The notes: generated by a model not told the origin, from the sequence alone. A stretch of 64,000 bases of DNA from Candidatus Micrarchaeota archaeon (GCA_043827025.1 JBDRPL010000011.1:1-64000), one strand, 5' to 3'; numbered from the stretch's first letter, positions 1-10,476 are shown. Made by a program: numbers and translations.

Positions 1-20
1 TTGAACCTCCAAAGGAGCTT

Positions 21-1136
21 ATGAGCCAATATGTGAAAATCGACGGAAGCAAGGCAGTTCTTGGTTCGGATGCTGTTGATGTGCCTGTTCTTTACGTTGA
101 TCCGGCAACAAGGTTGATAACAACAGGTTTCTTTAATCCAGCAGAGGTTGGAAAAAGGGATGTTTATGTCGCCCAGGAAGTTGCAAGCGCCTTGCCAAAG
201 GAAGTGATCAAGCCAGAAGTTGTTTCAGTATGTTTGCCTGCAATACCTGCAGATCAAAAAGCAGGCTTCCAGCCACAAGGGCCAAATGATGTTGGGCCTT
301 CTGTGCACGTAGAAGTTTTACAACGAAATCAGTTGGATGCCATAGGTAATCATTATGCAGCCTTTGCTTCAGCATATGATGTCGCAACCGCTCTGCCAAA
401 AGCGCAGAGGCAGCAGTTTGTCGAGGCGACTACTGGCGAAGTCGTGCAAAGGGCGGTCCAAAACAATGATATGGCTGTTGTTTCGGCATATAATTTCTAT
501 CTTAAGAGAACTGAAGAGGCAATTGCTTCAGAATCCAAACAGCTTCCAGAAACTCCGATGTTACTTAGGCCTGAAAACACATTTGTAAAGGTAGCTGATC
601 CGGTAACAATCGAAAAGTTATTCTTGCGCAAAACAGATTCAATACCTGTTGTTTACTCAACTGACCCTAACAATCCAGATGATTCTCGTTTGGGTGAATA
701 CTCCATGGGCAGGAAATTGGAAAAAGGCGAGTCATTATACATACCTGCGGAATTGGCAAGAAGAGCTGGAATAAAATCCGATGCAACTTTGAAGACAGGG
801 CCACTGGCTAATATTAAAATGAATCTAGATGATGGGGTACGTGTTACTCAACGGCTGTATCAAGCAGCTGAGTATTATACAGAAGGAGCTAAATTTTTTG
901 ATTCTATGACGCCTGTTGGTGTTCCTAAATTAGGTGTTGATCTTGAAAAGCCCGTTTCACAGCAAGTGAAGGAAAGGATGATAAAAGAGAGTGCGATAGA
1001 TCCATTCTTGGCACGTTCGGATGCTGACATTCAATTGGCAACCAAACGTTTTGGTGAGTATGGTCTACAAGTCGATTATGCGCAAGGCAAAAAAATCAGC
1101 TTTGATCGTGTCAAGGATCCGCGTAAGAAGTCCTGA
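21..1136 (+). CDS. Hypothetical protein with apparent internal duplication
   Basis: 371-aa ORF; no family motif recognised; the two halves share motifs. Confidence 0.75.
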   Translation: MSQYVKIDGSKAVLGSDAVDVPVLYVDPATRLITTGFFNPAEVGKRDVYVAQEVASALPKEVIKPEVVSVCLPAIPADQKAGFQPQGPNDVGPSVHVEVLQRNQLDAIGNHYAAFASAYDVATALPKAQRQQFVEATTGEVVQRAVQNNDMAVVSAYNFYLKRTEEAIASESKQLPETPMLLRPENTFVKVADPVTIEKLFLRKTDSIPVVYSTDPNNPDDSRLGEYSMGRKLEKGESLYIPAELARRAGIKSDATLKTGPLANIKMNLDDGVRVTQRLYQAAEYYTEGAKFFDSMTPVGVPKLGVDLEKPVSQQVKERMIKESAIDPFLARSDADIQLATKRFGEYGLQVDYAQGKKISFDRVKDPRKKS

Positions 1137-1197
1137 CCTTTCATCTTTATACTTAACCATAACCATTTAATACTTTTATTTTAATCTTATTCAGTAT

Positions 1198-1536
1198 ATG
1201 GGCCTGTCAGATCTTTTCAAAGGCATATTCGGCAGAGGCGATAACTTTCATAAGGCCAAATGCCCTAGCTGTGGTGAATCTCTTTATTTCGACATGCATG
1301 ATAAGGAAGCCAGGTGCCCCAAGTGCGGTACTCATATCTATAGCATGTTCAAGAAAAGATGTCCGAAATGCAACGAAGCCAATGAGCTTAATGCAAAAGA
1401 ATGTGTGAAGTGCAGGTGTTATTTCGAGGATTCAGAAACAAGGAGCAGTAAGAAAAGCTATAGATGTCCGCTGTGCAAGTACAAGAGCGATTCCTTTATG
1501 GTAAGTTGCCCGGCTTGCGGTGCGAGGTTTGGATAA
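1198..1536 (+). CDS. Multi zinc-ribbon (double zinc ribbon-like) protein
   Basis: Six CxxC pairs (CPSC, CPKC, CPKC, CVKC, CPLC, CPAC). Confidence 0.85.
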   Translation: MGLSDLFKGIFGRGDNFHKAKCPSCGESLYFDMHDKEARCPKCGTHIYSMFKKRCPKCNEANELNAKECVKCRCYFEDSETRSSKKSYRCPLCKYKSDSFMVSCPACGARFG

Positions 1537-1538
1537 TT

Positions 1539-2105
1539 ATGACAGAAAAAATGATCACCCAGGAAAAGAAGGAGGAAAAATTAGAACAGAAGAAGAAGCG
1601 CGTCCTTCAGCTCTGGGATGAAGACCAGATCGAGGTCAAGAGGCTTGATTTGGAGGATGTGGAGGATACAGTCGTACTCCTGAAGAAATGCACCTTTGAG
1701 GTCACTGAAAAAGAAGTTGCGGGAATAATTTCATTCAATGTCAGTTTTGGATCTTATGTCAACAGGATGCTCATAGGTATAGGCCTTGCGTGGCCTACTC
1801 ATTTGGATATTGATTCCAAAACAATGACCAGCGGCGATCCGAATGCGCTTTATTTCGAGGATCCAGCGGTGATTCTTGCATACGAAGGCAGAGGTGTAAG
1901 AAGGATACTGCTTAAGGCAAGGGAAGAAGAAGCCAAACAGAGGTCATTCAAATACGCTATTTCCTACGTGTCAGAAGATATCCCAAAGGGAAGCATAGGT
2001 TCATATATAAAAGAAGGGGGCAGCCAATTAGAGAAGCTTTATATGTCTGAAGGATACAACTTCGTCAAGACGGATAATGGATTGCTTGCTCTAAAATCTT
2101 TGTAA
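1539..2105 (+). CDS. GNAT-family acetyltransferase
   Basis: YEGRGVRRILL motif A and LYMSEGY motif B; start moved to ATG 1539, just after the upstream stop. Confidence 0.7.
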   Translation: MTEKMITQEKKEEKLEQKKKRVLQLWDEDQIEVKRLDLEDVEDTVVLLKKCTFEVTEKEVAGIISFNVSFGSYVNRMLIGIGLAWPTHLDIDSKTMTSGDPNALYFEDPAVILAYEGRGVRRILLKAREEEAKQRSFKYAISYVSEDIPKGSIGSYIKEGGSQLEKLYMSEGYNFVKTDNGLLALKSL

Positions 2106-2145
2106 CTTGCTATAACTTTATATATTTTTTCTGATAAAACTTTGT

Positions 2146-3822
2146 ATGCAATCCTTGTTACGATATTCATTATTCTTACTTATAACTTTATCACTAGTAT
2201 CTGCTGCATGTTCCGGATACGCAGAATCAAAGATACCTGCTTTGATTTCCGAGTCAAAAGGAAATCTGATCAACATCTCTGTGCATTTGATTCCAGGAAA
2301 AGGAGATGTTTATCTGACAGTCAATCCTAACACAGGTGGTTCTACGCAGAATTCAGTCAGGGGCGCAGTTGAGCATGCATTCATACGTGCAGGGGTTTCA
2401 CAGGAAAATTGCGATGTGCTCATAAGGATTGACAATTCTGTTGCACAGTCTGTTGACGGCCCAAGCGGAGGCATTGCATTTTCTGTAATTACCTATGCAG
2501 CATTGAATGACCTTCCAGTCCGTGCAGATGCTGCAATAACCGGAGCTGTTGACAAGAATGGCAATATCTTTCCAGTGGGCGGCCTCTATGAAAAGGCAAA
2601 GGCAGCACTGTCAAACAATCTATCTTATTTCGTGACTCCGACGCTCAGCTTCCACGACCATATCCTTCTCCATCCTTTTCTATCAACCATACACATAGTT
2701 CAAATCGAAAACATGGATGAAGCAATTAGCTTCCTGGTGTATGGCAAGGAAGTTCTACAGAAAAATCTCACCTTTGGAAAGCGTGATCTGCCAAATATAT
2801 CTTCCTATGATGCAGGCATCCCTGAATTCAAGGCAGTTGCAGAAAGTATCATCTCAGTTGAAAAGAATTCGATTGACTCTATTCCTGATGATGGCGAGTT
2901 TAGCACTATTAAGGAATATTTGGATAACGAACTTATCTATCAGACATACCTAGTGCAGAAAGGATATCTGTTCACTGCTGCGAACGAAGCCTTTTTGACA
3001 TATATTGATGCATCCACCTTAGTTGATTTTAATAAAATCGGGCTTGACAAGAAGAAGGTGATGGTGAATCTCTGCCTTGACTCGATTCAAATCAGGTCAA
3101 AGAACATGAATAATTTCCAATATATCGTTGGTTCTGACCTTAGGAAATCCTGGGCCAGGAACAAGCTTGACATAATAAGTACAGGCGATCTCGAAAGCCT
3201 TGATGACAAATATTTCACATATAACCAGCTGATGTATGCAGATGCCTGGTGCCACGTATCCAAATCACTTGCATTAGTCGGTATGGAAATGGATGGGACT
3301 GCTGTTGATGAATCAGCTCTAAAGCCCATGGCAGAACAGTATCTTAGCCAAGCCAAGGCATTGAATTCGACAAATGCTGATTGGCGCGACCATATCTCTT
3401 CAGCGCAGATGCTTTTTGACGGCGGATTATATGGCGGTGCAATATTGGATTCTACATATGTAATTGCAATGAATGATGCTGAAATGCATTTGGTGTCTGG
3501 AGACAATAAACAGATATCAGAACTCGTTTCAATTATGAAGAAAGAGAAGCGTACTTCTCTTTGGGGCAAGGTCTACCAGTCTCAGGCAGTCTTTGTTTCA
3601 AATCATGATAACCAGAGCGCCTACACCCTTTTCCTGTATTCAAGATATCTTGACAACAGGACCCAACAGATGTTGTCTATATTTGATATGCAGAAGGGTT
3701 CTATGGCAAACGGACAGCAGGATTCCAAGCCGCGCTCTGAATTCTGTACCCCATCATTGGTTTTGATGCTCACTATCTTTATAGGAGGTATTTTTTATGC
3801 CAGTAACAATAAGCTATACTAA
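2146..3822 (+). CDS. Exported Lon/S16-type serine protease without ATPase domain
   Basis: Signal peptide; VDGPSGG catalytic Ser and GGLYEKAKAA catalytic Lys; C-terminal TM. Confidence 0.85.
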   Translation: MQSLLRYSLFLLITLSLVSAACSGYAESKIPALISESKGNLINISVHLIPGKGDVYLTVNPNTGGSTQNSVRGAVEHAFIRAGVSQENCDVLIRIDNSVAQSVDGPSGGIAFSVITYAALNDLPVRADAAITGAVDKNGNIFPVGGLYEKAKAALSNNLSYFVTPTLSFHDHILLHPFLSTIHIVQIENMDEAISFLVYGKEVLQKNLTFGKRDLPNISSYDAGIPEFKAVAESIISVEKNSIDSIPDDGEFSTIKEYLDNELIYQTYLVQKGYLFTAANEAFLTYIDASTLVDFNKIGLDKKKVMVNLCLDSIQIRSKNMNNFQYIVGSDLRKSWARNKLDIISTGDLESLDDKYFTYNQLMYADAWCHVSKSLALVGMEMDGTAVDESALKPMAEQYLSQAKALNSTNADWRDHISSAQMLFDGGLYGGAILDSTYVIAMNDAEMHLVSGDNKQISELVSIMKKEKRTSLWGKVYQSQAVFVSNHDNQSAYTLFLYSRYLDNRTQQMLSIFDMQKGSMANGQQDSKPRSEFCTPSLVLMLTIFIGGIFYASNNKLY

Positions 3823-4597
3823 GATCTCGGAGTTCCTGGAACTCGGCAAGACAAAGGCAGAATCGGAATTCAAGGAATCCTATTTCCTGCTTTCTTCCAA
3901 AAAGGAAGATGTGGCCAGAGTAAGGATTGAGTTGAAGAAAGTCACTGATAAGCTTGTTGAACTGGCCAAGATTTTAGAAAAGAACAGTATCCAGCTTGCA
4001 GTTCCAAACCAGAAACAGATCGAAGAACTCACCCGGAAAATAGGGGAGCATAAGTTTGACCAGATAGTTTCTGCAATGAAAACTAGGAATGGGGATCTGT
4101 ATGCGCTTCTTGAGGAAAAAGGCAGGCTGGTGGTTGCAAATTATAATGAACGTGACACCATTGCAAAGCTTTTGACACTTGCATATACCTTTTCTTCTGT
4201 AGAGCGTGCGGGTATAATCGCTGCATTGTATGATGGCCGCATTTCCACTGGTTTAAAACTGACTGTTCATATGGAACTGGTCCATCGCTTCTTTAATCGG
4301 CTTGGCATATCCTGCGTATTAAAGGACGATACTTTGTTTCCAGGTGCAGAGGGAGTCACAGAGACTCCTGTTACCATATATTCAAGAAGAGTATGGCTTC
4401 CGACTGACAATGCATTGAAAGTATTGGATATAAATAAAAAGTTGCAGGTGCTTTCAGCAAAGATACAGGTGCAGATGACACAGAACAATGTTGATCTTGA
4501 GATACAGCATGAATACCTGAAAGTATTGAAGGATCAGGATGTTCTTTTGGAGTATAATAAGCTGGAGGAGAGCTTTTTTGCTGAGAATAAGCTTTAA
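3797..4597 (+). CDS. Hypothetical coiled-coil protein
   Basis: 266-aa ORF overlapping the upstream stop. Confidence 0.7.
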   Translation: MPVTISYTKISEFLELGKTKAESEFKESYFLLSSKKEDVARVRIELKKVTDKLVELAKILEKNSIQLAVPNQKQIEELTRKIGEHKFDQIVSAMKTRNGDLYALLEEKGRLVVANYNERDTIAKLLTLAYTFSSVERAGIIAALYDGRISTGLKLTVHMELVHRFFNRLGISCVLKDDTLFPGAEGVTETPVTIYSRRVWLPTDNALKVLDINKKLQVLSAKIQVQMTQNNVDLEIQHEYLKVLKDQDVLLEYNKLEESFFAENKL

Positions 4598-4623
4598 CTT
4601 ATTTTTGTTTCATATCTTATGAT

Positions 4624-5046
4624 ATGGGTTCTTCTATCAGTGTAAAACTGATTTGGGAAATTAGCAAGTTTCCTATTTTGATAAGCTTGGTTTTGTTTGC
4701 TTTGTACTTGTTGTTTCCAGTTATTATTTATTCTTTGGTTCCTCAAGGTAACCTTCAGTATGGTCCTACAGATGATGTAAAGCCTTGCTTTTCTGACCTT
4801 TGTGGCAATACTCGGCCTTTGGTTATTTACTCTCTGTTATTCCTTGAACTTACACTGTTCCCATTCTTAGTTGCCAGAAAATCATCACAGGTGAAGGCAA
4901 CTATGATTGAAGTTGTAATTATAATGCTTATCAGCATGTTCTGGGCATGGCCATTGATTTTGAATAATTTGCCATTGGTTCTTGGTTTCTTATTGTTGCC
5001 TTCTTTGATCGCATTGGCTCTTTTGAAATTCTATTTCAAGAAATAG
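4624..5046 (+). CDS. Hypothetical membrane protein
   Basis: About four hydrophobic segments. Confidence 0.65.
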   Translation: MGSSISVKLIWEISKFPILISLVLFALYLLFPVIIYSLVPQGNLQYGPTDDVKPCFSDLCGNTRPLVIYSLLFLELTLFPFLVARKSSQVKATMIEVVIIMLISMFWAWPLILNNLPLVLGFLLLPSLIALALLKFYFKK

Positions 5047-5058
5047 TTTTCTTATTTC

Positions 5059-6624
5059 TTATATTTTCTTCCCCATATAAGGCCCAATCAATACGTATCC
5101 TTTCTTTTTGTAATATTCCCTGACTCCAACTCCGCTTATGATTATCATTTTCTTCTTTCCAAACTCTTTCCTTGCAATCCTTTCTGCTTCTTCTAGGAGT
5201 TTGGTGCCGATGCCAGTATGCTGTACCTTGACTTTCTTTTTGTCACATTCATCTATACCAACTTCTTGACCGTAAACATGCAACTCGCGTATTAATGCAG
5301 TTTCGCCATCAATTTCTTTCCTGAATTTACTCTTCGAATTTGGAATCCTCAATCGAATAAATCCAGCAAGCGCCCCTCCTTTGGTTTCATATGAAAGGAA
5401 TACTTCTTTTCCGCCACTTGCATTATAATCTGTCCTTTTCAGATCAAACTTTTCAGCTTTCTCAATCGCAGTTTTGAATCCAACCTCTCGGGACCGGATC
5501 TCGTTTGGAATTATTTTATTTTCCTTCATCTTCTGGTCAACCAATTCGCGAAGATTGCTTTTGGTCACACCTCCGCTTATCAGATTGGCTGGAATATCAC
5601 GTTGTATCCTCATGACCCGCACATATTCGGGAATATACCTATAAAACTCAGAAATTATCTCTGCAGCCTGTTCTGAAGTGTACGGCTTATACTTGCCATT
5701 TTTCATCATTTTATAGAGTTCAGTTCCTTCAATAACAAGAGTCGGATAGATCTTTAGCATATCCGGCTTGAATCGTCCATCCGCGAATAACCTCTTAATC
5801 ATTTCAATATCCTTTTTTCTATTTGATCCAGGAAGCCCGGGCATTATATGGTATGCAATTTTGAACCCACAATCCTTTAATTTTTGGGTAGTATCAACAA
5901 CATCCTTTACAGCGTGTCCACGATTTATTCTCTTGTAAATCGAATCATTCGGATGCTGTACGCCAAGTTCGATTCTGGTTACTCCATACTCAAGCAATTC
6001 GTCAACATACTCGGCACAGACATTCGGACGAGTTTCAATTGTTAGACCTATCATCCTATGTTTTGCCTTTTCATTTTTCTTTTTCGCATCCTGCAAAGTT
6101 TTGCTCTTCTTATTGTTCAGTGCATTGTAGATCGCCTTCACAAATTTTTCCTTGTATTCTTTTGGCATCTGAAGGAATGTGCCTCCCATGATGATTACTT
6201 CGCATTTGTCAGTATTATGCCCGCCAATCCTAAATTGCCCAAGCCTTGCCTTCGTCTGCCGATAGGGGTCAAAGTCATTGTCCCTTGCCCTTCGTGCAGC
6301 AGGTTCATAACCTGTGTAACTTTTGGCAGCCTTTCCTGTGAATGGGCAATAGATGCATTTCCATTTGCAGGAGTCTTCAGGCTTTATCATAACTGCAATC
6401 GGAGTGACTCCAGAAATTGTTCGGACTGGTTTCTTTAATATTATGTTAAGAAGCTTATCAGTCAGCTTTTCTTTTGGGAATCTTTCAAGTATCCGGGTAT
6501 TTTTCACTATGTGTGGAAGCGAGAATTTGGCAGAAGCCTCGCGCTTCAGCTTGTTCAGGTCCTTTTCACCGGAAATCAGCCTTTTTATTATATAATCTAC
6601 TGCTTTATCTTCCATTTGGACCAT
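5059..6624 (-). CDS. elp3: Elp3 radical SAM tRNA uridine(34) acetyltransferase
   Basis: VRTISGV, CKWKCIYCP, KSYTGYEP, IETRP, LKIYPTLV, RELHVYG, QHTGIG, ISGVGVREYY. Confidence 0.95.
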   Translation of the reverse strand: MVQMEDKAVDYIIKRLISGEKDLNKLKREASAKFSLPHIVKNTRILERFPKEKLTDKLLNIILKKPVRTISGVTPIAVMIKPEDSCKWKCIYCPFTGKAAKSYTGYEPAARRARDNDFDPYRQTKARLGQFRIGGHNTDKCEVIIMGGTFLQMPKEYKEKFVKAIYNALNNKKSKTLQDAKKKNEKAKHRMIGLTIETRPNVCAEYVDELLEYGVTRIELGVQHPNDSIYKRINRGHAVKDVVDTTQKLKDCGFKIAYHIMPGLPGSNRKKDIEMIKRLFADGRFKPDMLKIYPTLVIEGTELYKMMKNGKYKPYTSEQAAEIISEFYRYIPEYVRVMRIQRDIPANLISGGVTKSNLRELVDQKMKENKIIPNEIRSREVGFKTAIEKAEKFDLKRTDYNASGGKEVFLSYETKGGALAGFIRLRIPNSKSKFRKEIDGETALIRELHVYGQEVGIDECDKKKVKVQHTGIGTKLLEEAERIARKEFGKKKMIIISGVGVREYYKKKGYVLIGPYMGKKI

Positions 6625-6635
6625 TTGCCCTCATT

Positions 6636-7436
6636 TTATCTGAATAAGTTGGAAATAAATCCTGCAATTGAATAAATAACTCCTTCGAAAACGGGAGCAA
6701 GTATCAAACCGTTGTTGGTTGATTTGTAATCACCTATCAAATCAGATCTGACAGTGAGCCTGATGTCCTGTTCTTGGTGAATCGCGTTGCTTGCCACTGA
6801 CTCTACATTGATTTTTATGTTATGCCTTTCTTCATCCCTTTCAGTTATGGCGTATGTCAGCATTTCTGTGGATTTAGGCGCTACATATACGTTTCTTTCA
6901 TATTTGAACCTTTCAGTCCCTTCTGTCCATACTCTGAAAACATCGCCGGTAGTTCCTTTGTTATGGATTGTGATGGTGAAGTTCGATTGTTCGCCAGGCC
7001 TTGAGGTTTTTTCCAATGGTGAAACCTCTGCATTCATGACATCATGGATTATCTTGACCTTTGCAGTTATGGTTATGTTGTTTAATTTCTCAGCGTAGTT
7101 CTCATCCTCTATTGTGACTTTTGAGTAGTATTCGCCTTCGCTTGCATCCTTTGCAGCAGTTATCTTGACCTGAAGCGGGAATCCCAGATATTTCGAGTTT
7201 TCATAGCTCCAGCCTGGTGTTATAAACGTGACCTTTGCAAAATCATATCTTCCGCCTTCCTCATAAACGCCTCCTGTTGAGACTTCTGGGTGGAAGTAGA
7301 GTGTAATCGTTTGGCCTGGTCCTATTTCTCCAAGGTCAACAACATCCCCGTTTTGGACGTCCTTCTTTGTAGGTTCAAGCATGAGCACTGAAAACGCCAA
7401 ATTGAAAACTAACAACAGCAGCAATATTTTTTTCAT
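6636..7436 (-). CDS. Exported Ig-like domain protein
   Basis: Signal peptide; FTITIHNKGTTGDVF beta-sandwich pattern; C-terminal anchor. Confidence 0.65.
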   Translation of the reverse strand: MKKILLLLLVFNLAFSVLMLEPTKKDVQNGDVVDLGEIGPGQTITLYFHPEVSTGGVYEEGGRYDFAKVTFITPGWSYENSKYLGFPLQVKITAAKDASEGEYYSKVTIEDENYAEKLNNITITAKVKIIHDVMNAEVSPLEKTSRPGEQSNFTITIHNKGTTGDVFRVWTEGTERFKYERNVYVAPKSTEMLTYAITERDEERHNIKINVESVASNAIHQEQDIRLTVRSDLIGDYKSTNNGLILAPVFEGVIYSIAGFISNLFR

Positions 7437-7478
7437 GAATCTATTTCTACAATAAGGATTAAAAAATCTCGCCTGAAT

Positions 7479-7787
7479 GTGATAGCTATGACTTCTGGTT
7501 CTATTTCAGGCATGACTATTGCCCATATGGATAATCTATTGCAAAACCTGGAAATGCCAGAAGAGGTCAAAAATAGAATACGTTTTGTTTGTAATAAATG
7601 CCTTAAAGCTGGAATAATGTATAGGTCTGGCATTGAATCAGTTAATGGAGCAATCGTTTATTATGTTTGCAAATCCAATAAAGTGCCTATTGATATTGAT
7701 AAGTTGGCAGAACTGTCAAAAACAACAAAAAATAAGATAATTGCAATGGTTGACGGCCTGAAGGGGACTTTCTTGTCTTTCAGATGA
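7479..7787 (+). CDS. Stand-alone TFIIB/TFB cyclin-repeat-like protein
   Basis: AGIMYRSGIESVNGAIVYYVCK...IDIDKLAELSKTTKNKI resembles one TFB cyclin repeat with its HTH. Confidence 0.55.
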   Translation: MIAMTSGSISGMTIAHMDNLLQNLEMPEEVKNRIRFVCNKCLKAGIMYRSGIESVNGAIVYYVCKSNKVPIDIDKLAELSKTTKNKIIAMVDGLKGTFLSFR

Positions 7788-7804
7788 ATTTGAAAAGTGC
7801 ATTT

Positions 7805-9286
7805 TTACAAGAAAGCTTCAACATCCTTTTCTTTCTTGGTTTTCTCGTTTTCGTATTCTATGGCCTGTTCGTGCAAGGGTTTTCCTTTCTCTCTTTTAGT
7901 GGATTTCCTTTGCCTTATGCTTACGAAAACAGGATAGTTTACAGCTTCACCGACAAATATTGCTTCGCCAACCTTTAGAGAAGTTATATTCTTTAGCATC
8001 CTTGCATCTATTCCTTCTGAACTTTTTCCAATATGGTCCAGATCGTTCGGGTTAGTGACGCGCAGGATTATGTGAGTGTTGCATTGGGAAAGCGCAGTTG
8101 TGCTTAGATTCACAGGCCTTTGGGTAATTAAACAAAGTGAAGCACCGAACTTTCTTCCCTCCCTTGCAATAGTTTCAATCACTGCTCTAGAAATGGCTTC
8201 TGTTTTTTCTGCATTTTCCCTTGCGAAATTATGCGCCTCTTCCACAATAAGCACAAAAGGAGGTATCTTCCCCTTTTTCCTCATACTAAACAATTTCCTT
8301 GCGAAATATGAAACAATGATCTGCTTTTTCCTTAGATTGTCTAGGGTGCTGAAATCAAATATGGAAAGTCTTCCAGGCCTTATTTCATCTATAAGGGCTG
8401 GGTTCTCCTTGTCCTTTGACATTAATCTGAAACGTCCAATCTCTTTCAATGCCCTTATCAATGGTTTTTTTACTGAGTCGCCAGATGCTTCAGATGCCTC
8501 TATTTTTGCAATAAGTTCTTTCATTCCATAAATCTTCTCAGTTTTCTTTAGTTCAAGGATGCTGGACCTAAGGACTTGTTTCTGAGGATCAGATAATTTA
8601 ACCCATTCTTCAATACTTTCCGGCCTTATTTTTCTTAGTGGAATTGAGATCTGGCTTCCGTCAATAAGATTCGTCTTCTGCCCGTATTTTTCATCATATT
8701 TGAATCCATGGTATTCGCCATGTATGTCTATTACAACAACTGCAATTCTTCCTTCTTCTGGCTTTCGATCTAGAAGTTCTTCAATTAGTACTGAAGTAAG
8801 ATAGCTTTTTCCACTTCCGGACATGGCTAGTATTGCGAGATGTTTTTGGAATAATTTTGTCAAATCTATTCTTGCTTCTACGTCATGGTGCTGGATGTTC
8901 CCAAGCATCAAGCCATTTTCCCTGAACCCTAGAAACTTTCTAAGAAGGTCGTTCTTTGCGATTTGAACTTCAGAGCCTGGGTTTGGAGGTATTGAAGTTC
9001 TCAAGAATTTGCCATTGTCATAAATGCCAAGTATCTTCACTTGCGCAATGAGATGTTCCCAGGAGTCAACAGGGAATTTCTCGCTCATGTTATTATATTC
9101 CTTCACAACTTCTGCCTTTTCAAAATAGCGGTTAGCCCTTATTATTTCTGCGATATATCCGAAAAGTATTCCTTCCTCAGTATCAGTTTGGACATATTGC
9201 CCTTTCTTTGCCTTATCGTTTATGACAAATGAGAATTCGGACGTTGATGGAGATTCTTCAATTGAGATTATTGTCCCTAGCTTCAT
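7805..9286 (-). CDS. herA: HerA-family helicase/ATPase
   Basis: N-terminal HAS-barrel-like region; HLAILAMSGSGKS, DIHGEY, IVEEAHNF, REGRKFG, TQRP. Confidence 0.9.
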   Translation of the reverse strand: MKLGTIISIEESPSTSEFSFVINDKAKKGQYVQTDTEEGILFGYIAEIIRANRYFEKAEVVKEYNNMSEKFPVDSWEHLIAQVKILGIYDNGKFLRTSIPPNPGSEVQIAKNDLLRKFLGFRENGLMLGNIQHHDVEARIDLTKLFQKHLAILAMSGSGKSYLTSVLIEELLDRKPEEGRIAVVVIDIHGEYHGFKYDEKYGQKTNLIDGSQISIPLRKIRPESIEEWVKLSDPQKQVLRSSILELKKTEKIYGMKELIAKIEASEASGDSVKKPLIRALKEIGRFRLMSKDKENPALIDEIRPGRLSIFDFSTLDNLRKKQIIVSYFARKLFSMRKKGKIPPFVLIVEEAHNFARENAEKTEAISRAVIETIAREGRKFGASLCLITQRPVNLSTTALSQCNTHIILRVTNPNDLDHIGKSSEGIDARMLKNITSLKVGEAIFVGEAVNYPVFVSIRQRKSTKREKGKPLHEQAIEYENEKTKKEKDVEAFL

Positions 9287-9376
9287 AAATTATGATTAGC
9301 ACAAGAAGATTTTTTAGTGTGCTTGTTAAGGAAAGTATTTATTTGCTAATCAAGTAGATTGATCAGGTAGGTTACT

Positions 9377-9634
9377 ATGAAGCGTTATTGTCCAAAATGT
9401 AAAAAATGGAATGTTTTTGGAGAAGTTAATTTTGATGATTTGGTTCAAAAGCAAATGGAAAAAGAAGGGAGATCTGGAAGTGCAGAAGAATTGAGAGAAA
9501 AAGACATTAAATCCTTCAGTGACCTTATCAAAAAATATTGTGGTGAACAAAAAATAGTTTTAGCCACTCGTGTTTTTAAGCCAGATAATTGTGCTGAATG
9601 CGGAACCAAGCTTATAGAAAAAGAAAGGGATTAG
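9377..9634 (+). CDS. Small zinc-ribbon protein
   Basis: YCPKC ... CAECGTKL. Confidence 0.65.
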   Translation: MKRYCPKCKKWNVFGEVNFDDLVQKQMEKEGRSGSAEELREKDIKSFSDLIKKYCGEQKIVLATRVFKPDNCAECGTKLIEKERD

Positions 9635-9664
9635 TTTTATAGGTTTAAATGTTATATCTTTAGT

Positions 9665-10069
9665 ATGGAAGTTGAAAAGGCAAGCGATGTGCAGGACAGG
9701 GTCGAGGATGTGATACGCATTCTGGAATTCAACCACATCATAGATGCAAGAATAATCTGCATGCGCAGCCGCAAAGCAAAGGCTAGAGCTTATGCAAGGA
9801 TTTGGTCATTGCCAATGATCTGGAGAACTGCCCTTGAGATAAGCCCTTTTTATGTAATTGAAGTTTTGTCAGAACATTATGACAAGCTGGATGATGTTGA
9901 AAAGACAAAAACAATTATTCATGAACTAATGCATATTCCTAAGAAGTTTTCTGGTGGTTTGGTTCCGCATGTGAACAAAGGAAGGCATGTCAACCACAAA
10001 GAGGTTGATAAGCTATATCAAACTTATTTGGAAAAAACTCAGTCAAATGTAATCTCGTCCAATCTGTAG
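9665..10069 (+). CDS. Small zincin-like metallopeptidase
   Basis: IIHELMHIP (HExxH) plus a downstream His. Confidence 0.75.
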   Translation: MEVEKASDVQDRVEDVIRILEFNHIIDARIICMRSRKAKARAYARIWSLPMIWRTALEISPFYVIEVLSEHYDKLDDVEKTKTIIHELMHIPKKFSGGLVPHVNKGRHVNHKEVDKLYQTYLEKTQSNVISSNL

Positions 10070-10476
10070 AATCTTGGTCTGTTTTCTTCTTTATTGTATT
10101 GCACAATTACGAGCTGTTTTCTCAGACTTTTTGCAACCCTAAGGTCTTTCAACCCCGCCTCTTTTATGTCTTCCACTACTTTCATGACAAACATGGTTCT
10201 GTCTTCTCCAATGCGGATTCCTTTTTGATAAATTCGAATGTATTCTGAGTCTTTGCTGAACCTTGTGATGTACTTGTGGTCTCTTAGATATTTTATTATT
10301 TCATATTTGTCATCAGCAAGTTCATCTTTTTTCTTGAATTTTGCAAAAAGCTCATCTGCCTTTCCTTCAACCAATCCTTTATCCACAATATATTTGTATT
10401 CGAGAATATGCACTTCTTTTTCAAATCCAAGGTTTTCCAGATCTTTTTCGAGTTTTATGAACATGCTTCCACGCAC
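10039..10476 (-). CDS. tRNA splicing endonuclease-like subunit, probably structural
   Basis: KYEIIKYLRDHKY, RIYQKG and RVAKSLRKQLVI follow the EndA C-terminal pattern; the catalytic His position appears replaced (EDRT). Confidence 0.6.
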   Translation of the reverse strand: MRGSMFIKLEKDLENLGFEKEVHILEYKYIVDKGLVEGKADELFAKFKKKDELADDKYEIIKYLRDHKYITRFSKDSEYIRIYQKGIRIGEDRTMFVMKVVEDIKEAGLKDLRVAKSLRKQLVIVQYNKEENRPRFYRLDEITFD

